64,000 nt of DNA, taken from IMG/VR virus record IMGVR_UViG_3300020576_005736; one strand, 5' to 3'. This document shows positions 39,394 to 49,358 of the stretch, in pieces. Position numbers and translations under genes: made by a program. The stretch comes from an uncultured virus (IMG/VR IMGVR_UViG_3300020576_005736) (taxonomy: Duplodnaviria > Heunggongvirae > Uroviricota > Caudoviricetes). Within the stretch, counting starts at the first letter, position 1. Every line of letters begins with the position of its first letter. Below the pieces are notes generated by a model. The model was not told the origin of the DNA, did no database searches, and saw only the letters and a list, made by a program, of their open reading frames with translations.

Positions 39394-40094
39394 GATACAT
39401 CGTCACGGACACAGAGACTACTGGTCTCGACCATGAGAAGGACGGGATCGTAGAGATTGCAGGGGCTTGCCGTGAAGGTGACTCTCTTCTGGTCTACGAG
39501 TCCTTCTGCAATCCCGGCACACCTATCAGCGTCGAGGCAATGGCAACACACCACATCACGGAAGATATGGTCCGTGGTGCGAAGCTGCCCAGAGACGCAC
39601 TCTCTCAGATGATGCACAAGCTCAAGGGTGACGGAGTCACACTTCTGGTTGCTCACAATGCTCAGTTCGACAGAGGCTTCATTGGTAAGCTGTCGCTGAA
39701 GCTGTCGGACCAGACTCGGTGGATCTGCACCTATCGCTGTGCAATGCACCTGTGGCCGGATGCTCCCGGTCACTCTAATCAGGTTCTGAGATACTGGCTG
39801 GACGTGAAGCCTGAGCTTCCTCCTGGTCTGTATCCTCACAGAGCGCTCTACGACGTGATGGTCACCGAGGCTATCCTGCGCAGAATGCTCGAGACGAAGT
39901 CTCTCGAAGAGCTCGTGGAGCTCAGCCAGAAGCCGGTTCTGCTAAGCAAAGTTCGATTCGGGAAGCACAAGGGAATGTTCTGGAAGGATGTTCCCTCTGA
40001 CTATCTGCGGTGGATTCTGAAGCAGTCCGACATTGACTCAGACGTTCGCCACACCGCATACCACTACGCAACAGGACAGACCAGACTTATCTGA
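39390..40094 (+). CDS. DEDDh 3'-5' exonuclease (ExoX-like)
   Basis: DTETTG, VAHNAQFD, HRALYD, FGKHKG...VP.DYL.W. Confidence 0.9.
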   Translation: MRYIVTDTETTGLDHEKDGIVEIAGACREGDSLLVYESFCNPGTPISVEAMATHHITEDMVRGAKLPRDALSQMMHKLKGDGVTLLVAHNAQFDRGFIGKLSLKLSDQTRWICTYRCAMHLWPDAPGHSNQVLRYWLDVKPELPPGLYPHRALYDVMVTEAILRRMLETKSLEELVELSQKPVLLSKVRFGKHKGMFWKDVPSDYLRWILKQSDIDSDVRHTAYHYATGQTRLI

Positions 40095-40111
40095 TCTTCC
40101 AGCGTCGCCAG

Positions 40112-41875
40112 ATGAGGAGAGATAACATCATGATGCGAAAGAATGCGACCATGGGTCCGAAGAACGAATTCAGTCACTACCTTCACACACTCAAGTATCG
40201 CCAGGAGAATGAGACCTTCCGAGATGCCATGAATCGCATCTCGTCCGCCATGGTCGACTCAGGGAGCAGCAAGCACTTCCACGAGTTCCGAGACGTCATC
40301 CTGTCGCAGCGCTTCTCCCCGGCTGGGCGAATCCAGTCTGCCATGGGTGCTGCTCGTGATGTCACTGCCTTCAACTGCTATGCCTCAGGGACCATTCCTG
40401 ACAGCTTCATCAGTCGCGACAATGAGGGGGGATCCTCCATCATGCATCGAGCTGAGCAGGCGGCAGCAACAATGCGTATGGGCGGGGGGATCGGGTACAA
40501 CTTCTCGACGCTTCGACCCAAGGGAGCTCTGATTCGTAAGCTGCAGTCTGCATCTTCTGGTCCTGTTTCGTTCATGCATGTATTTGACTCGGTGGGTCGC
40601 GCGACGTCGTCTGCTGGTCACCGTCGTGGTGCTCAGATGGGTGTTCTGCGTGTCGATCATCCTGACATCATCGAGTTCATCAACGTCAAGCATGACCAGA
40701 GCACACTGACTGGATTCAACATCTCCGTCGCCGTAACTGATGACTTCATGGAGTGTGTGGCTCGAGGCTCTCGGTTCGACCTCACCTTCGAGGACGAGAT
40801 CTACAAGACGGTCGATGCCAGAGAGCTCTGGGAGATGATCATGCGGTCGACCTGGGACTGGGCCGATCCGGGTGTTCTGTTCATCGACACCATCAACCGC
40901 ATGAACAATCTCTGGTACTGTGAGAAGATTGCGACTACCAATCCGTGTGGCGAGCAACCTCTCCCTCCATTCGGTGCGTGTCTGCTGGGCAGCTTCAATC
41001 TGGTCCAGTATATCTCCGCTCAGCCAGGTAAGGCGTTCTCCTTCGACTACGACCAGCTGATCGAGGACATCTATCCTGTGGTTCGTGCCATGGACAACGT
41101 CATCGATCGGTCCAGCTATCCTCTTCAGGAGCAGGGCGACGAGGCACGGTCGAAACGACGCATGGGTCTCGGAGTTATGGCTCTTGCCAATGCTGGAGAG
41201 ACTCTCGGCTTCGCCTACGGATCCAAAGGCTTCCTGGAGTTTGAAGAGAAGGTGCTCTCTACCATCAGAACTCACTCCTACCGAGCGTCTGCTCTGATCT
41301 CAAAGGAGAAGGGTAGCTTCCCGCTCTACTCCGAGGAGCATTATCTGGATGGTGAGTTCATCAAGCAGCTGGACTCGGAAACTCTGGATCTCATCCGGAA
41401 GCACGGCATCCGCAACTCTCATCTCACCAGTATCGCACCAACAGGTACGATCTCGATGTGTGCGGACAACGTGTCGTCGGGTATCGAGCCTGTGTTCTCT
41501 GAGTGGACCAAGCGTCCTATCAACGTGAACGTTGGTCAGGCTCCGCTGATCGTCGACATCCAGGACTACGCCTCGGCGAACTTCGGAACCAAGCCGAAGA
41601 TCTGCGACGACGTGACTGCTGACGAGCACGTGGCAGTCCTGGGCGTGGCTGCTCGACTGGTCGACTCTGCTGTCTCCAAGACCTGTAATGTCAGCGGAGA
41701 GATGCCCTGGGACGACTTCAAGAGCATCTACTCCAAGGTATGGGAACTGGGCGGCAAGGGCTGCACCACCTTCAACAAGGACGGTGAGAAGATGGCACTG
41801 CTGACAGCTGGCAGCAAGCCTCAGGAGACCACCTGCACCATTGACCCAGTGTCAGGTGCTCGTAGCTGTGAGTAA
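40112..41875 (+). CDS. nrdJ: class II (B12-dependent) ribonucleotide reductase
   Basis: PAGRI, NC, GGGIG, RRGAQM, TNPCGEQPL, CLLGS, IAPTGTIS, C-terminal Cys pair; no small-subunit gene seen. Confidence 0.9.
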   Translation: MRRDNIMMRKNATMGPKNEFSHYLHTLKYRQENETFRDAMNRISSAMVDSGSSKHFHEFRDVILSQRFSPAGRIQSAMGAARDVTAFNCYASGTIPDSFISRDNEGGSSIMHRAEQAAATMRMGGGIGYNFSTLRPKGALIRKLQSASSGPVSFMHVFDSVGRATSSAGHRRGAQMGVLRVDHPDIIEFINVKHDQSTLTGFNISVAVTDDFMECVARGSRFDLTFEDEIYKTVDARELWEMIMRSTWDWADPGVLFIDTINRMNNLWYCEKIATTNPCGEQPLPPFGACLLGSFNLVQYISAQPGKAFSFDYDQLIEDIYPVVRAMDNVIDRSSYPLQEQGDEARSKRRMGLGVMALANAGETLGFAYGSKGFLEFEEKVLSTIRTHSYRASALISKEKGSFPLYSEEHYLDGEFIKQLDSETLDLIRKHGIRNSHLTSIAPTGTISMCADNVSSGIEPVFSEWTKRPINVNVGQAPLIVDIQDYASANFGTKPKICDDVTADEHVAVLGVAARLVDSAVSKTCNVSGEMPWDDFKSIYSKVWELGGKGCTTFNKDGEKMALLTAGSKPQETTCTIDPVSGARSCE

Positions 41876-42025
41876 CTAGGTGAGCCGTTTTAAGGCTCGC
41901 TGGAAGGCGTAAGGGGCGGCGGCTACTAGGGTAGCCCGCTCCTATTTCATAAGCCTCCAGGACGTTCCCAGGCGCTCTGGAAATAGGTTCAGAAGCTAGG
42001 GCTAGGCTAACGGGCGGGCGGCGCT

Positions 42026-42241
42026 ATGGCACAGGTTGAGTACATTCAGGAAGACTATCAGGGACGAGCATGCATCATGTTCAAGGCTGATGGAAAGTTT
42101 CTGCTGGACGGAAGAACTGGCGACGTCTTTCGATTCCACTACGAGAACATGGCACATCTTCGCGGTGTGCGAGCTATCCAGGACGAGATAGTGAGAATCT
42201 GCAGAGCAATTGACGACAAACCGACACCGAGGAATCTGTGA
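42026..42241 (+). CDS. hypothetical protein
   Basis: ORF with phage codon usage, overlaps the next ORF. Confidence 0.45.
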   Translation: MAQVEYIQEDYQGRACIMFKADGKFLLDGRTGDVFRFHYENMAHLRGVRAIQDEIVRICRAIDDKPTPRNL

Positions 42242-42366
42242 TGACAACAGAGTGTGTTTTTCACGATGGAATTCCAGGAGCAGGAGGATACGCTAGAGCA
42301 TGGATTAACGGAAGATCACGCAGACAGTCTCCGGCATTATCCGAAACCAGATATGGACACACGTAC

Positions 42367-42795
42367 ATGATTGATGGTGGTCTCAGACAGATTCTGCAGC
42401 AGAATATGCGAAATGTTCATTTCCAGTCCATCGAGACCGGGGGAACGGGGAGGGGTATTCCTGATCTCAACGGATGTCTGAACGGAGTCGAGTCCTGGAT
42501 TGAGCTGAAGTCCACTGACGCCTGGAATGTTGTCATCAGGCCGGAACAGGTGGGCTGGGCAGAGAAGAGAATTCGTCACGGTGGTCGTGTGTTTCTGGCG
42601 ACCAGGCGTAGACACGATGGCGGACCGCGCAAGGGTCCAGCTGTAGACGAGTTGTGGATTCACAGAGGCTCGGACATCAGACACGTCTCAAGACTCGGTC
42701 TACAAGAAGGCCCACCGCCACTCATCAAGAGTGGGGGTGGGCCTTCAAGATGGCTGTGGCCTGTCATTGAGGAAATTCTCTTCTCAGAGAGCTAG
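42367..42795 (+). CDS. VRR-NUC/Holliday-junction resolvase-like nuclease
   Basis: IE....GIPD, WIELK, RPEQ..W (PD-(D/E)xK). Confidence 0.75.
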   Translation: MIDGGLRQILQQNMRNVHFQSIETGGTGRGIPDLNGCLNGVESWIELKSTDAWNVVIRPEQVGWAEKRIRHGGRVFLATRRRHDGGPRKGPAVDELWIHRGSDIRHVSRLGLQEGPPPLIKSGGGPSRWLWPVIEEILFSES

Positions 42796-43283
42796 AGAGT
42801 CCACCAGGCAGGTGGACTACACCGCCACGTTGCGAACCTAGCTTTGTCTGCCATATAGTATGCACGATACTCCTCGACAGCCTGAGCCAGAGGTAGTCGA
42901 GGAGCATAGCTCTCTCGACGTAACTCTGTCTTGATAGCTACGGGATAGAGATCCGGCCATGGTAGAGACTTGGGAATCTGAGAGACACACGACAGTATGA
43001 CTCTGGACGATGCGTGAGTTCTTCCGTATCTCCAGCTGTACTCAGCTGAGAGTGCTATCCCTACTCGACAGGTGTGCAGAAGATTCTGCAGGCTCTCTCC
43101 TGCCCACACACAGCACGGATGGTGCTTGTGACCTGCAGAGTATCTGCCCTCAAACTCGACTCCGAGAGCCGTGGCTGCTGTACTAGCAATCTGTGCTGTC
43201 TCCAGAACCATCTTGACCAGATGCTGGTCACAGTGGGCAGCTGCCAGCTTCTCCAGATCTGTATCGAGGAAGAAGATATTCAT
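42792..43283 (-). CDS. pyrimidine-dimer DNA glycosylase (DenV-like) family protein
   Basis: MNIFFLD...AA..HCDQHLVKMVLETAQ, HHPC..W, EY..RYG..H, YRAYY..DK. Confidence 0.8.
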   Translation of the reverse strand: MNIFFLDTDLEKLAAAHCDQHLVKMVLETAQIASTAATALGVEFEGRYSAGHKHHPCCVWAGESLQNLLHTCRVGIALSAEYSWRYGRTHASSRVILSCVSQIPKSLPWPDLYPVAIKTELRRESYAPRLPLAQAVEEYRAYYMADKARFATWRCSPPAWWTL

Positions 43284-43459
43284 GCTGAGTACCTGATGTT
43301 GCGAAGAAGCATGGTAGCTTCTCCGACAGAGAGCATCCCGTGAACTCTGGCTGAGGCCGGAGATCCGTTGAGCATGTACATGATATTCGTAGCAGTGCAC
43401 TGACCCTGAGGAGACCAGTACTGAACAACACGAACTCGGACGTCGGTTATGTTTCTCAT
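43280..43459 (-). CDS. hypothetical protein (59 aa)
   Basis: Read by eye: MRNITDVRVRVVQYW...; ATGA overlap with the next gene. Confidence 0.45.
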   Translation of the reverse strand: MRNITDVRVRVVQYWSPQGQCTATNIMYMLNGSPASARVHGMLSVGEATMLLRNIRYSA

Positions 43460-43592
43460 CTTAATTCCAAGGCTCGTGGAAAGCCCTAGCGGGCGGGGCG
43501 CTACTAGGGTAGCGGGCGGGTATTCGAAGCCCCTCCAGGGGGCTCTGGAGGGGCTCTGGAGGGGTTACGGGCGGGCGGTTATAGCCGCGCCG

Positions 43593-43934
43593 CTACGCGG
43601 GACGCTCTGCAGTAAACGCAGAGTTAGCTGCATTCACGACAGAGGACGGATGACGAAGGCTGATGTTCTGAGACATCAGAGCCGAGACCTGCTGAGACAG
43701 CACAGTCACCGAGGTCGACAGTCGAGCCTCGGACTCAGACAGAATCGAGTTGTGACGCTTCAGTTCCTCATTGTACTGTCTGGCGTAGGTCAGCTCTTGA
43801 GAGAATCGGTCTCCCCGGTCCTCGGCAGCCTTGAGGTGAGTCGTGAGAAGCTCGACCTCGGCAGTCTTGGTCTCGAGAAGCTTGCGGAGCTCAGCGATCT
43901 GAGCATCTTTGGGATCAGTCTTTCTGGTAGCCAC
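43593..43934 (-). CDS. coiled-coil hypothetical protein
   Basis: AGGAG RBS, GTG start, heptad pattern. Confidence 0.55.
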   Translation of the reverse strand: MATRKTDPKDAQIAELRKLLETKTAEVELLTTHLKAAEDRGDRFSQELTYARQYNEELKRHNSILSESEARLSTSVTVLSQQVSALMSQNISLRHPSSVVNAANSAFTAERPA

Positions 43935-44059
43935 TTTCTATCTCCTGTTGATGTTGATGGTAGCACACTTGGATCAGAGTTTGTCTATCTCCCTCTCTAG
44001 CTGCATGAGAATTGCGGCGATGAACACCAGCGTGAATATTCTGACAGATGCGCTGATCT

Positions 44060-45100
44060 TCACTTACCACCTCGCAGGAGCTCGACGACCTCAGAACGAT
44101 GCTCGTCAATGAGCTCCCACGTATCATCGCTGCTTCCACTCTCGATCGCGTCGACGAGGTCGTCGACCCATGTTCTCGGAGCAGGTACAGGCGTGTCGTA
44201 TCGAGTAGCATAGAGTGCAACTCGAGAATTCTTCCTGCCGTAGCGGCGCACCGCATCAAGCATGATGGGCTCCATCTCGACTGAGCACCAGTCCCAGTCA
44301 ATTCTGCCCTCGAAGGTATCCTCGTCTGAGGACGCTACAACTCGAGCAATGTCCGGATCATCACAGATAGCGAGCTGATCACAGATTGCTCTGTACATGT
44401 AGAAGTCGTACTTGACAGTGCGATCTTCAGTGAGCTCCAGAGGAGCCAGAATGTTATACGTGAAGTTCGACTTCATGCCCTTGGGCATGTCGAAGACACG
44501 GAGACCTCTGTAGTAGACATGCTCTGACGGATGGCTGAAGATCTCTGCCTGCTGCTTGCCGTCCCAGGACGAGTTGCTGGAGCGACTACCCGGAAGGAAG
44601 ATCTGATCGATCTTGTGGAACTCTGCGAGGAACTCGTCGCTCGTGACAACTATCTTCGTCACACCATCCTCAGGACCATCTGTCCACCAGTCCTCCTGCA
44701 CATCGTGCTGCGCAACGTAGGACTCCCCGTTCTCGTCCAGCGTGTTGGAGTGAAGCTCACGAAGCACCTGCCAGAGCTCCCAGTTGCGACCGAGCTGAGT
44801 GGTGAAAGGAAGCTGCTGATACTGCCACCGAGACAGGATGCCACCACGCTTCTTGAGCATGATCTGCTCGTAGTTCTTGTCACGGAACTTGCCGGCCTTC
44901 TTGTAGAAGACACACTCTGTCTGACCAACAAAGATCGAGATAGAGATACTCTCTCGCAGAAGAACCGCGACAGCATACTTCAGACCAGTCCCGAAGTAGC
45001 CGATAGGATTGTTGGTGTTGGGCTTCGACGACACTCCGAAGACGCTGAACGCCTCCATGTCGAGAAGTGTCGGTGTTCTGAATACAACTCTGTTGCTCAT
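44060..45100 (-). CDS. GHKL/HATPase-like protein
   Basis: G.SSK...IGYFGTGLK.A motif; RELHSN.LDE. Confidence 0.65.
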   Translation of the reverse strand: MSNRVVFRTPTLLDMEAFSVFGVSSKPNTNNPIGYFGTGLKYAVAVLLRESISISIFVGQTECVFYKKAGKFRDKNYEQIMLKKRGGILSRWQYQQLPFTTQLGRNWELWQVLRELHSNTLDENGESYVAQHDVQEDWWTDGPEDGVTKIVVTSDEFLAEFHKIDQIFLPGSRSSNSSWDGKQQAEIFSHPSEHVYYRGLRVFDMPKGMKSNFTYNILAPLELTEDRTVKYDFYMYRAICDQLAICDDPDIARVVASSDEDTFEGRIDWDWCSVEMEPIMLDAVRRYGRKNSRVALYATRYDTPVPAPRTWVDDLVDAIESGSSDDTWELIDEHRSEVVELLRGGK

Positions 45101-45117
45101 ATGTCTTCTCCTGGCAG

Positions 45118-46236
45118 CTAGTCCATGCGCCCATGCGGATGGAAGTCGATCACAACGGGGAATCGGGGAATACCGTCCGGCGTTGGAGTGAAGTAGCGAA
45201 CAGTGACCTGCCCACCAATGTACGTCTGTCTGTTCTCGAGGAGCTTCCTCGTGAACTCCTGATTACCACGAATGCCTGCCTTCGGCCTCTCTCCGTTGGC
45301 CAGTCGTCTGTCTCCGGGCAGCATGAACTCCACCTTCTTGGCGTAGCCAGCCCAGTTCCCAATTCCCTCCATGATGTCCGTAAGAGTGAACTCCTCGGTG
45401 ATGAACTCCTTGCGCTTCAGCAGGTGCTTGCTGCGCTTGTGCTCGTAGGGTGCGTCGAGCTTGACAATCTGTCCCTCGTATCCGTCCTCGAGATACTGTC
45501 CGTACAGATCTGTCAGACGGTCGCCCGAGTCAGCTCGATGAGTCTGAACCATAACTACAGGAGACTGGGGCTTGCTGAAGTAGAGAGTGTTGAGGGCACG
45601 AAGAAGTTCTCGTCTGTAGGAGAATATGTGGTCTCCTCCAGTGATCACGTCATACACGTGAAACTGGATAACCTCTCGTGAGGCTGCTCTCTCCTCGTCT
45701 CCGACGTTGCGCTTACGAACAATTGAGGAGATAGTGTTGAAGTCGTCTCGCAGAGAGTGATTGTAGAGCTCACCGTCGAGGGTGATACCAGGCAGCGCCG
45801 TGAAGATCGGAGCCAGAGCCTCCTTAACATGATCTATGTTATAGTGAGGCTGGAACTCTCGAGAGAACGCGCCGTGGCGAGATATCAGAGCACGGATACC
45901 ATCGAGCTTCGGCTGCGAGAATATCGGAAAGAGAACCTCTCGCTGATTAGCGAAGTTCTGCGCCAGCATAGGCGACTTCGGCAGATTGTAGATCTCGTCG
46001 ACTGTCTCACGATAGTCTCGGTCCAGCTTCTTCCTGCGCTCGGCATGAGCTTCGAAGAACGCCTGCTGATCGTGACTCCTGCCCTGCTTACCCTCGCAGA
46101 CAGTCCATCCAGAGACGACCTGCTTACCGTCTAGCAGACCGGCGATAGTTCGCCACTGACGACCGTCCACCTCTGCTGACCATACTCGAATCTTCTTCCT
46201 GGTGTCGAGGGTATAGATCTCTCTAATCTTGAGCAT
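45118..46236 (-). CDS. ATP-dependent DNA ligase
   Basis: PMLA, QPKLDGIR, LDGELY, FHVYD, GYEG, LLKRK, G.PRFP. Confidence 0.9.
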   Translation of the reverse strand: MLKIREIYTLDTRKKIRVWSAEVDGRQWRTIAGLLDGKQVVSGWTVCEGKQGRSHDQQAFFEAHAERRKKLDRDYRETVDEIYNLPKSPMLAQNFANQREVLFPIFSQPKLDGIRALISRHGAFSREFQPHYNIDHVKEALAPIFTALPGITLDGELYNHSLRDDFNTISSIVRKRNVGDEERAASREVIQFHVYDVITGGDHIFSYRRELLRALNTLYFSKPQSPVVMVQTHRADSGDRLTDLYGQYLEDGYEGQIVKLDAPYEHKRSKHLLKRKEFITEEFTLTDIMEGIGNWAGYAKKVEFMLPGDRRLANGERPKAGIRGNQEFTRKLLENRQTYIGGQVTVRYFTPTPDGIPRFPVVIDFHPHGRMD

Positions 46237-46414
46237 GTGACCTCCGTGCAAGATATCTGGTGACTCGAGACAGACCGATGACACCAAGGACAATGATGGT
46301 CGCGAGAAACAGCATCGCAGCAACCACTACGACGAAGACTCGAACCAGAATGGCGAGGGACATGAGTCCCAGGACTGCGAGGATAGCAACAATGACTATC
46401 ATGTAGCTGCTCAT
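46223..46414 (-). CDS. small membrane protein
   Basis: Two long hydrophobic stretches. Confidence 0.55.
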   Translation of the reverse strand: MSSYMIVIVAILAVLGLMSLAILVRVFVVVVAAMLFLATIIVLGVIGLSRVTRYLARRSHAQD

Positions 46415-46424
46415 GACCAGATCC

Positions 46425-47000
46425 TCACGGTATGTCGACTACAATGTAGCCCTTCTTGACATCATGAACGATGTCGCCTGCCAGGCCTCCGAGAGCAAGA
46501 TACTCGCTCACGCTCATGCCGACCTTGTACAGCTTGAACCGATCGTAGGACTTGGTGTTGGGAATCTTGGGATTGCGCTCGACTAGCTGAACTATCACAC
46601 GCGGATCGTGCTTGCGCTGGTACTGCACTCTGGCGGCGATGCGCTTCGGAAGTCCCCCGGTCCCTGCCGGCTGACCTCGACGATGCCCTATTGGGAGAGG
46701 AAGCGGTCGTCCCTCAATATCCGTGAGGGGTATGCCAGTCTCTCCTCGGGCACACAGATAGATGGGCTTCTCGAGAAGACAGCACAGAATGTCGCACCAG
46801 AAGGTCTCGGTCCGGGTTGCCATGGTCATGACGACCTCTGCGTGGGACAGATGCTGGCACTTCTGAGCCAGAGTCTCTCCAGTGGCTATCCGGGGGTCTG
46901 GCGGTTCCGGAACCAGTCGAGAGTTGTACAGATGGTCCCAGAGCGCCAGCGTCTGTACTCTTGAAAGTCTCTTGTATAGATCTGTATGTTGTTGAATCAT
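46425..47000 (-). CDS. NPKKPGS-domain protein
   Basis: C-terminal RNPKIPNTKSYDRFKLY..GMSV.E...DIVHDVKKGYI. Confidence 0.65.
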   Translation of the reverse strand: MIQQHTDLYKRLSRVQTLALWDHLYNSRLVPEPPDPRIATGETLAQKCQHLSHAEVVMTMATRTETFWCDILCCLLEKPIYLCARGETGIPLTDIEGRPLPLPIGHRRGQPAGTGGLPKRIAARVQYQRKHDPRVIVQLVERNPKIPNTKSYDRFKLYKVGMSVSEYLALGGLAGDIVHDVKKGYIVVDIP

Positions 47001-47289
47001 TGAGGAAGCCCCGATATCCGAGACTGAATTCGCTGCCGACTCAGTTCTACGGTTTGAGTTGAAGGATAGTGGTTGCTACGCAGACTGAGTAGGGGAGAGA
47101 GTGTCTCTCCTCTCTTATTAGTTCACTTCTTGCTCTTAAGGCAGGAGCAGGGCTGAGACGTCCAGCCCTCCAGAGCTCTTACACACCAGAACGCTCGAGG
47201 TCCGTAAGACTCAGGAGGATCCAGCAACTTACCACGGGGCACGAATTTCGTCTTTGCGCTGTGGCAAGTCTTGTTGAGACGCTTGTCTG

Positions 47290-47865
47290 TCACTCACTCT
47301 TCTCCTCAGTGGTGGATTCCGAAGCGGTAGTCTCGGGAAGCGGACCGAGGCAGATGTAGCCGTGATCACGATCCCAGTGCAGAGTGGACAGGGCCAGCTT
47401 GCGACTGTAGCCCGCATCCACCATGGCCTTGACGAAACTCTCGCCAGTCGCAACCGACTCAGCCTCGACGTCTCCGACCACCTTCTCGTAGATCACGAAC
47501 GTGTCGAACGCTCGCGAGCCAGGGCGCTTCGGATTGTTCGAGACCAGGAGGTGCAGCTGCGCCGAGAGATCCAGCGTAGTGGCACCGACACGAGGAGCAC
47601 CCTCCTCGGCAGGAGTCTTGGCAGCCGAGGGCTTCTCGGTCCCCCACACGAGAGACTCGTCCTCACCCTCGCGCAGAACGGCATGACCGTGCATCTGCAA
47701 GAGCTCATCTCGAGCCTTCTCCAGTCTCGCAACACCAGTCTTGGCGTCACGGAACTTCTTCACGAAGTCCTCCTCAGATCGACCGAGAAGGGGCTGTGCA
47801 GCATTATACGCAGCCGTCAGCTGGGCCATGGTCAGGCTCGTGAAGTCATCAACAGTATTCGGCAT
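47290..47865 (-). CDS. NPKKPGS-domain protein (divergent)
   Basis: NNPKRPGSRAFDTF..Y...LHWDRDHGYI; GAGGAG RBS. Confidence 0.7.
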   Translation of the reverse strand: MPNTVDDFTSLTMAQLTAAYNAAQPLLGRSEEDFVKKFRDAKTGVARLEKARDELLQMHGHAVLREGEDESLVWGTEKPSAAKTPAEEGAPRVGATTLDLSAQLHLLVSNNPKRPGSRAFDTFVIYEKVVGDVEAESVATGESFVKAMVDAGYSRKLALSTLHWDRDHGYICLGPLPETTASESTTEEKSE

Positions 47866-47966
47866 CTTACTCTCCTCTGTTAGCCGCCACTGGGTTGAGA
47901 CGGGTTTTCGCTGGCGGCGATATCAGGGTTGCGCGATACTCAGACTAGCGCAACCCTAATAGACGT

Positions 47967-47994
47967 ATGATACTCCAACTGGACAGGGTGTAAA
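47967..47994 (-). promoter_or_regulatory. TTTACA-N16-TATCAT promoter
   Basis: TTTAC promoter family. Confidence 0.5.
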
Positions 47995-48030
47995 GCCCCT
48001 ACGGCGTGCAACACCCTATCTATTTTTGCA

Positions 48031-48648
48031 TCAGGACTCGATCTGCTGAGCCGCCCACTCCTCGAGAGTGACGACTTTGATGAAGCCCTTGCCGAGATCG
48101 TACTGGACGTCGGCCTTGGTGCCGCCAGCCTTGATGAACTCAGCGATAGACTGGCCGACAGTGTAGAGCGCATAGCGCTGAAAAGCGGCGGACGAGGGCT
48201 TCTTGGGATTCGGGGCTACGAAGGAGATGATGCGAGGATCGTCAGGAGACGGAGCCGGACCCTTGGTCCCAGGCTCGTAGGTCACCTTCTCCTTCTTCGG
48301 ACCGTGGGAACGAGAGCCGTTCGGACGAATGTGAGGACCAGCCTGCTTGTCAGGTCGACCAGTCGGCTCGGGATAGTTGCGAGTCAGAGGTTGAGACATG
48401 AGAATCTCTAGAATCTTGGGATCCAGAGTATCCCCGCATGCCACGACCACGTCGACGTGAGCGACATCCTGGAGATGCTCGGCGAGCTTCTCAGCATCGG
48501 GCTCCTCACTGTCGAGGATGTCCGGAACCAGTCCGGCCTCATGACACGCATTCCAGAGAGTAGCCACCTGCTCCTCGTCCATCTGCGAGAGATACTTGGT
48601 GTAGAGAAGTTCATTCTCGGTGTTGGCGGCGGTATTGTTGTCAGACAT
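48031..48648 (-). CDS. NPKKPGS-domain protein
   Basis: PNPKKPSSAAFQRYALY..GQSI.E...DVQYDLGKGFI; GAGGA RBS. Confidence 0.75.
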   Translation of the reverse strand: MSDNNTAANTENELLYTKYLSQMDEEQVATLWNACHEAGLVPDILDSEEPDAEKLAEHLQDVAHVDVVVACGDTLDPKILEILMSQPLTRNYPEPTGRPDKQAGPHIRPNGSRSHGPKKEKVTYEPGTKGPAPSPDDPRIISFVAPNPKKPSSAAFQRYALYTVGQSIAEFIKAGGTKADVQYDLGKGFIKVVTLEEWAAQQIES

Positions 48649-48669
48649 AGTTGCTCATTCCTCTTTGGT

Positions 48670-48731
48670 GCCCTGACTCATCAGTGCCGGGTGGGCGTAT
48701 CCGGCAGACAGGCCGAGTGGCCTGTTTCGTC
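48670..48731 (-). ncRNA. type II hammerhead ribozyme
   Basis: Minus strand GAC-GAAAC-AGGCC(ACTC)GGCCT-GTC^TGCCGG(ATACGCCCAC)CCGGCA-CTGATGA-GTC-AGGGC: intact core, three stems, possible loop-I/3'-tail GCCC:GGGC pseudoknot. Confidence 0.88.
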
Positions 48732-48755
48732 TCACTCCCACTCCCACTCGTAGTC

Positions 48756-49358
48756 TCACTCCCACTCCCACTTGTAGTCTCGCTCCTGAAGCGTGACCTT
48801 GCGGATCCGAACGTAGTCCGGAATTAGAAGACCGAGTTCCCGAGCCTCGACTCGAAGATCTCTGAGCCTGTTATCGATCTGCTCAGGATCGTCTGTCAGA
48901 GCTTCCTCGAGAAGGTGGGTGACCTTGATACTTCCACCTCCTGAGGCAGAGCACGTGGCCGAGGTGTTCCTGTAGGACAGATAGACGGTCCTGTCTGCAC
49001 CCTCAGGAGACATGATGACCACATAGGCCACAGCGTCTGAGTCCATGCGAGGAGCCTCGTCGGCGACGGGTGCCGGGGAGGTGGCTGTCGTCCGCTCCTC
49101 GTCCATGTTCACGAGACGAAAGAGCTGCCCTCCGTACATGTCTCCGTCACGAATGACGTTGATGGTGTCTCCGTCGATGACGATGGTGTGACCGACTGTG
49201 TTGTACTGAACATCGTCCGCGATGAGAGGATCCTTGGACTCGCATCCCTGGAAGGCGTCCCAGTCAGTTTCCGTGAACTCACGGAAACTGGAGAGAGCGA
49301 TCTTTCGCAGAAGTCCCAGAGCAGTCACGCTCGTCCTGATGTCAATTGGCGATCCCAT
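48756..49358 (-). CDS. hypothetical protein
   Basis: AGGAGGAG RBS before ATG 49358. Confidence 0.6.
   Translation of the reverse strand: MGSPIDIRTSVTALGLLRKIALSSFREFTETDWDAFQGCESKDPLIADDVQYNTVGHTIVIDGDTINVIRDGDMYGGQLFRLVNMDEERTTATSPAPVADEAPRMDSDAVAYVVIMSPEGADRTVYLSYRNTSATCSASGGGSIKVTHLLEEALTDDPEQIDNRLRDLRVEARELGLLIPDYVRIRKVTLQERDYKWEWE

Noticed and set aside
36965..41875. Introns/inteins in DNA polymerase or RNR next to HNH genes
   Set aside because: Both ORFs are continuous, of ordinary length and lack intein motifs; the HNH genes are free-standing
42238..42366. N-terminal extension of the resolvase-like ORF
   Set aside because: Looks like a short HNH N-terminal remnant (C...G....GYA); too short to call
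47001..47289. tmRNA or tRNA
   Set aside because: No T-arm/CCA or tag reading frame recognisable; kept only as a generic structured spacer
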